Source: the human T2T-CHM13v2.0 reference genome, Homo sapiens
NCBI RefSeq assembly: GCF_009914755.1
Contig: NC_060930.1
DNA length: 64,000 nucleotides
Strand: one strand, 5' to 3'
This document shows, one piece after another, positions 56,262 to 64,000 of the stretch. The notes beneath the pieces are model-generated. The model worked only from the letters and a program-made list of their open reading frames with translations. It did not search any database and had not been told where the DNA came from. A program made the position numbers and the translations under genes. Numbering within the stretch: the stretch's first letter is position 1; each line of letters starts with the position of its first letter.

Positions 56262-56476
56262 AAGGTTTTCTAAGCTCAGAAAATTGACATCTTGAGCTGG
56301 GTAACTCTGTTGGAGGAGCCTGTCCAGTGTGCTGTAGGATGTTTAGCAGCATCCTTGACCTTTACCCATTAGATGACAGTAGCAGCCTCCCCCAAGCTGA
56401 GACAACCAAAAATGTTTCCCCACATTGTCAAAGGTGTTCTGGGCTGAAAAATCACATCTGATTGAAAAAAAACCTG
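56262..56476. mobile_element. MER20 (hAT-Charlie)
   Basis: tgtaggatgtttagcagcatcc...gacaaccaaaaatgtttcc. Confidence 0.7.
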
Positions 56477-57351
56477 GTTTATAAAAATATTTTTAATTAA
56501 AAAAATTTATCTTCTAATAAAAAATAGTTATAATTACTCACCATGGAAAAGATAGAAAATATTGAGGAAAATAAAAGTCATCTGTAATTTCATTACCTAG
56601 AAATAAATGAAATGGAAATAATCTGAAAATAATCAAATTGTTTTGAGTTTTGTAAGTTTTCTTTCAGTTTTACATTACATGTATAGAAATTTACATGTGT
56701 TTTATAGTCTTGTCATCCTGTGGTGTGTGATAAATATCAAAATGGTATCTCAGCACAATACTGCTTTTCAAAGCAGACTCTCTACTCAGGTTTGGACCAT
56801 CTGAGAGAGCTTACCAAGCCAATATGCATGGCTAGACAACTAGGCTTGAATTTCAAGGGATAACAGCCACTATTTTTTCCTCCCTCTGTCTTTGAAAAGA
56901 CAAAACCTGCAGCCTCCTATACACTGGAGCACAAACTATGGACTGCTCTCTGGGGCCCAATCTCAACTCCACTTTTTATTTCCTAACATAAAATAGGATT
57001 ACCTTTTGAGATTCAGTAAACCTTAAAACCTTTAATAAAAGGATAGTCTTAAACTGCCCTTTTAAATATTACATGATAAAACGTTATTCAGGTAAATGGC
57101 TCAATTCTGCTGAGAAGAAATTAACTTTTACTAAAGATAAAAGATATTTTGGAAAGCAGGAAATCACCAAGCTTAGGTTCATTCATTCACTTTTAACTAA
57201 TCTGTTCCGTTTAATGAAAACACTAGACTCAAAATGAATATTTAACTACATAAACAACTTAATCTTCCCTAGTATGTGAATACACATATAAGATTTAAAC
57301 CTATATTTCAATATATACCAAGATATATACACTTATTAAAATTTCGGGCAC

Positions 57352-57622
<271 letters not shown>

Positions 57623-57644
57623 CCATTGAAGAGTACAGTACTAA

Positions 57645-57959
<315 letters not shown>

Positions 57960-58887
57960 TAAGTTCCTTGTAAAGAGTAAATGCTAAACTGGCTATAATT
58001 TTTTGTCTGGGGGGAGAGGGGTGGAAGGCTGTGTGTGTAAAGGCTTTGAAAAGCTTTTGATGCTCTACGAATAAGGCAGGCCAAATACTGAAATTAGGAA
58101 TATGTCAAGATTTGAGAGCATTGGGCATGGATTCCATTATATTTCTCCTTTCTTGCCGAAAGACTACAAGATGCTCTGCCTTCCCTATCAGTCAATAACA
58201 TTACAGCTGAGTAACATCAGTAGAGAAAGATAAACTTAGAAACTGGAATGATCTGGCCCGTTTCTAAAAAGCAAGATTTCATAAATGCTGATGGAAAACA
58301 TGGTTCTAAGCATTTGCATTTCTGAATTCCAAAAGCTCAATATTTTGTGTTTTCTCTGTGGTTTCTTCACCTTCTTTGGTTAACCTAGTCACCCATTGTG
58401 AAACAAGCAATAAGAACAAATATATCCATCACTAGTTGGTGTTGGCCATTCCATATCAAGGAGACTAGTTATAGTTTGGAGACTTTTTTCCTTCTGTAAG
58501 GAAAATAGATTATCATTCAGTACCAAAGAAGTCAGAGTTAATCATTCACAAAAATATATAGCCCTTCCTTCACACCTCACCTTCTGTTCTTTTTAAAGCT
58601 CTGTCAAAGAAAAATTAAAAAATAAAAATATTTTGAAAATTATTTCATTTTGTTGTCTAATTCTATTAGGAAACAAAGCCATATTGAATAAAGACTTATT
58701 ACCCTTAAAACATCAGCAAAGACAGGCTAACATTAAATTCCCTGGACAGATAGTTTTATTTGATGAAATAAATGCCATGCCATCTGTCCATTTGTTAGAC
58801 AGTCTATTTACTTCTTGATCTAACACAGGATGCATGTAGTACTGAGAGGACGGATTTTATAGTTTCATTTTGTTCCTTTACTTTTAG

Positions 58888-59005
58888 ACCAGCAAACAAA
58901 ATGGAAGGTCATTAAAGAAGAGAGCTCAAGACTTTCTGTTAAAGTGGAGTTTTTTTGGTGCTCGAGTAATGCATAATCTCACCTTGAACAATGCATCCAG
59001 TTTTG
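58888..59005 (+). CDS. RFX6: RFX6 exon 14 (118 nt), dimerisation region
   Basis: ttttag|ACC; [39 protein letters not shown]; TTG|GTAACA. Confidence 0.96.
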
Positions 59006-60364
59006 GTAACATACGTGCATTATAAAACTGTTCTTACATGAATTATATAATTTGTTCCTCAGTCACAGTTCCTGTCAATTTTTAAACATGTTACATCATC
59101 ACTTCTTAAACTGTATCTGAATATGGAGCTATGAGAAAATGGTATTTATGAGCCTGGGTTTTGGAGTCAGACCATAAGCAGGATTAAATCCTAACAATGA
59201 TTGTCTCTGGCTATGGGCCAATCTGCTCATTGAAGAAGGGGAAGAATATTCTCTTCGAAGGGTTGTATAGGTACTTTGGTGAGATGATGTATATAAAAAC
59301 AAATTGCCTAGCACTCAGGAAATGCTTAATGCATAGCAGCTATTATCATTACATTCCATCAGTGCTTGGATAAATTTTCTTTGTTAAACAAATGATAATT
59401 AAGACATTATTTTCCAAAGTTATTATTCATTGCAATACGGCAAATTTCTGCAGCTTTTCTGAGCACCCATATAACTGCACTCCAGGAATCAAAAAACAGC
59501 TTAGAAGACACACTGTCATGTTTCTGACCCATCTTTCCTGTTCTATATGACTTGGGAGACAAATAGGGTTAAGTTAGCTTTTTATAAAATTGAATGCCTT
59601 CTTTTTCCTTAGAATTCCTGAGACTCCTATTTTATAGTTATAATGTTAACTCATGAGTAGTAACTCTGCATTTGGTAGCTGCATTTCAGGAAATCTTCAC
59701 ATTATGAAAGAGATTACAATTAACTAAATTGTTTTTATTTAATGTTCTATAGAATTAAATAAAATCAGTGAATTTGTATTGAAGAATAAACAAAACACAT
59801 TGTCTATTATTTGAAATAGACTTCCCATATTTAAAGTTTTATAAAATATACAGCATTGAAGCCTGGCCTTACTACGAAAAATACTTTTGTTGGAAAATCT
59901 ATTGAATAGTTAAAAGAAGTTTTAGTTTTCCAGAACATATTTCACTTGAAAATTACTCTTTTAGTTTTTGCCAAATCTAAGAATATTTTGTTTCAGGCTA
60001 GAAAGATATCTCTTTACTTGACTTTTTTCAGACCATGTTGGCCATTGTCTAATTATTTAGTACAAAGTAAACAGAAATAGAGCAGAGTAGAGCTCATTCT
60101 CCCCAAGTTGAAGCTTATCACACTCCAATGTGTGCCCTCTTAAAGCATAAAGCATGTCTCACTTTCATCCGTATTTTCCTTTGATGTAATTAGTGGCCAA
60201 AGAGCTGGCAGGACAGTACACACAGTGAGCAGGGCAGGCAATACACAGAAAGATTAGAGATCCAAGTTAAGCATGTTGGTCTTAGCAGGTCATTTAAAGT
60301 CCAACAAGTATTTGTTTATTTCAGTTGCTCCTTGTAAAGTGTTGCGAGATGGTCACAAAGATAA

Positions 60365-60583
<219 letters not shown>

Positions 60584-61221
60584 TAACTGTTTTGTTTTGC
60601 ATATTTCTTTGTTTTAATCTTAAGTTCAAGAATTTATAAGTTCAGATATTAAGTGGGTTTATCATAATCTCAGAGTTTTTCTCCAAACATGTCATTACTA
60701 ATTCTCACCATACAGTCACACTATTGGAGCACTACTTTTCTTTCATTCATTGCTATGTAGTCAAAAGTACTTTACTGGAAACTCTGAAGTATACAAAATT
60801 GGTGATCTTAATTTCTGGGAATTAAGGTGAAGTTGGAGAAGTGACTATAATACAAAAAATAACTGTAATTCAAGACACATGTGGTATACTACATATGTAA
60901 GTGGTGTAAAAATAAGTTCTATAGGAGTTTAGAGAAGGAAGGAAACACATCTATTCAGGATAGGGCAACTTGCATTTTGAAGACTTCACTCCAAACTGGA
61001 TTATTTAGTGCTCCTTATCTACATCCACATCCGCAAATATGCAGCTAAAAAAAACCTAGCATCACTGTCAAGAGCAAAGGTCTGCCAACCTCACTTCCCA
61101 TGGGAAACATTGCTTAGTAGTTTCCAGATTAAATACTCAACAATGAAACATTTTCATTTTCTTTTTACTTGGGTTTATCTACGAGGAATGTGAGAAAAAA
61201 ATCTCAAATTTCCCATTTTAA

Positions 61222-61461
<240 letters not shown>

Positions 61462-61816
61462 TAGGCTCCAGCACATCTCAGAGAAGCCTGTTGCTTCATT
61501 TTTCTTAAAACTCATAACTTCCAGTCCAGGAATTCCAACAATAAAAAAGGATGATCTTAACTGAGTTTTAATAAAGATTTATAATATTTTTGTGATTTTC
61601 AGCAATGGTAATAATACTGTTATTAACACAGGTATCATGTCTTGACACACTCCATAAATTATATTAGAAGTATGAATAATTAGTTAATTTAGTGGAAGAA
61701 ATAATTAGATGAGGTATACATAAAATTCTTAAGATGCTTTGAAGATCAAAAAAATGGGTTGCTTATTTCTGGATTTTGAGGAGACTTTATTTCTCCTCCC
61801 TTAAAAAGTAGTTTCG

Positions 61817-62096
61817 GGCTGGGTATGGTGGCTCATGCCTGTAATCTCAGCATTTTGGGAGGCCGAGGCGAGCAGAGCACCTGAGGTCAGGAGTTTGAGA
61901 CCAGCCTGCCCAACATGGCAAAACCCCGTCTCTACTAAACATACAAAAAATTAGCCGGGCTTGGTGGCAGGCGCCTGTACTCTCTCTTGAACCCAGGAGG
62001 CGGACCTTGCAGTGAGCTGAGATCAGGCCATTACACTCCAGCTGGGTGACGAGAGTGAAGCTCCATATCAAAAAAGCAAACAAACAAACAAAAAAA
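61817..62096 (+). mobile_element. Alu (AluS-like) with right-arm internal deletion
   Basis: Sense dimer; cctgta...cttgaacccagg lacks the usual intervening segment. Confidence 0.92.
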
Positions 62097-62798
62097 CTGG
62101 ATTCGGCCATTTTAGGATAATCGTTACAATAATTCTCCCTTTTGGTCTAAGGTTCTCTTTGTGTCAACATGAATATTTGGTGGCTTGAACTAGCTACTCG
62201 GGAATATTTTAAATCTGCTTATTGCCTTGTGTCTTTTTTGAAATCTTTTTATATACATTACTTCATTTGATATACAGAATTTTAAACCTAGAAGAGCCTT
62301 ATAGTTCAGGAGTCCATTTCTACCAATGGAACACTGGCGGCCCAGAGAGTTGGTGGCATTCATAAATCACATTACTTATAAGAGGTGTTTGCATGACATT
62401 TTGAATTGACTGCTTTGAAGCCATGGCCATTTTGACATTAGTGACTTTTTCTTTTTACCCTAAAAATCAAACAGTTTAACAATCAGCTAATTTTTTAATT
62501 ATGGGGAAATATGAGCAGCAGACACACATGTCCTCCCCATGCTACCTGTGGAGAAACCATGAAGCCATCGCAGACTTTCCTCTGTAGTCACCAAATCCAC
62601 GTCTCCACTGTTGTGATATATACATGTGTTGTGATTATATTTTTTAAATTCTGGATTTTTGGTGCTTTTCAGTTTAGTTATTTTTGGAGGGCAGGAATGA
62701 AGCAAGCTGGAAAACAATACATTAATAAATCTTTTGAATATTTTTTAAAGATGTGAGCTCATCTACTTTAATATGACACTAAAGGAATGTTCTGGTGA

Positions 62799-63332
<534 letters not shown>

Positions 63333-63525
63333 TAAAAGAATTTTTCTTGGTTTTTGAGATGGCAATGAGGCAAAATCAGACATTGCGTTCCACCTCTGCT
63401 GACTAGCATGTCCTTTCATTTAAGGCTTCCAAAGATCATGGAATCTTAGACATTTGGAGCTGATTTCTGTCACATACATATATATTTCCTAATTTTTGTG
63501 GCTTTCCTAAAGTTGCCCTTCTTCC

Positions 63526-63831
63526 TTTTTTTTTTTTTTTTTTTGAGACAAGGTCTTATGCTGTAGCCCAGGCTGGACTGCTTGGCAGGATCATGATTCA
63601 CTGCAGCCTCAAACCCCTAGCTCAAGCAATCCTCCTATCTCAGCTTCCCAAGTAGCTGGGACTACAGGCATGCATCACCATCCCTGTCTATATTTTAAAT
63701 TTTTTCTAGAGACAAAGTCTCACTATGTTTGCCCAGGCTGGTCTCAAACTACCAACTTTAAGCAATCCTCTCTCCTTGGCTTCCCAAAATGCTGAGGTGC
63801 CTCCCAAAGGTGTGAGCCAACACCCCCGGCC
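63526..63831 (-). mobile_element. AluJ-like element
   Basis: T tail, ctcaagcaatcctcc motifs; degenerate TSD taaag(t/c)tg(c/t)cct. Confidence 0.9.
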
Positions 63832-64000
63832 TAAAGCTGTCCTCCTAAATACCGCATATGTTAAAAAAAAAAAAAAAGATAGTTAAATCATATGTTTGAG
63901 ACCTACCTTAATAGCCCCAAAGAAGAATGTTCTGTCTTTTGAAAACATTTTTAGTGGATAATATTTCTTCCTGATAACTAAAAGCAGATTTTAAAGATTG

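Overview
Primate (very likely human) genomic DNA carrying most of RFX6 (Regulatory Factor X6, the winged-helix transcription factor of endoderm, islets and enteroendocrine cells) on the + strand. About 12 kb of repeat-rich upstream DNA is followed by a CpG-island promoter (~12.2-13.8 kb) and coding exons 1-17 (ATG 13062 to 63321). All introns are GT-AG and the exons splice into one open frame of 2398 nt; the final exons lie beyond the window. The rest is intronic Alu, L1, L2, CR1, MaLR/ERVL LTR and DNA-transposon remnants. There are no rRNA, tRNA or CRISPR features, and I see no new multi-gene system I can support. Best leads: (1) inverted Alus flanking phase-symmetric exon 17 and exons 13-17, whose circles would carry stop-free ORFs; (2) a TATA/GC-box/octamer/NKX cluster in intron 9 that could be an internal promoter for an isoform lacking the DNA-binding domain; (3) a ~110-bp patchwork of three hairpins and two direct repeats in intron 4 resembling a templated-insertion scar; (4) a distant branch point with an 87-nt AG-free zone before exon 15; (5) the HOXB13-type motif in intron 4 matching the recalled context of prostate-cancer SNP rs339331. 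Repeat family names come from recalled consensus sequences and their boundaries are approximate.
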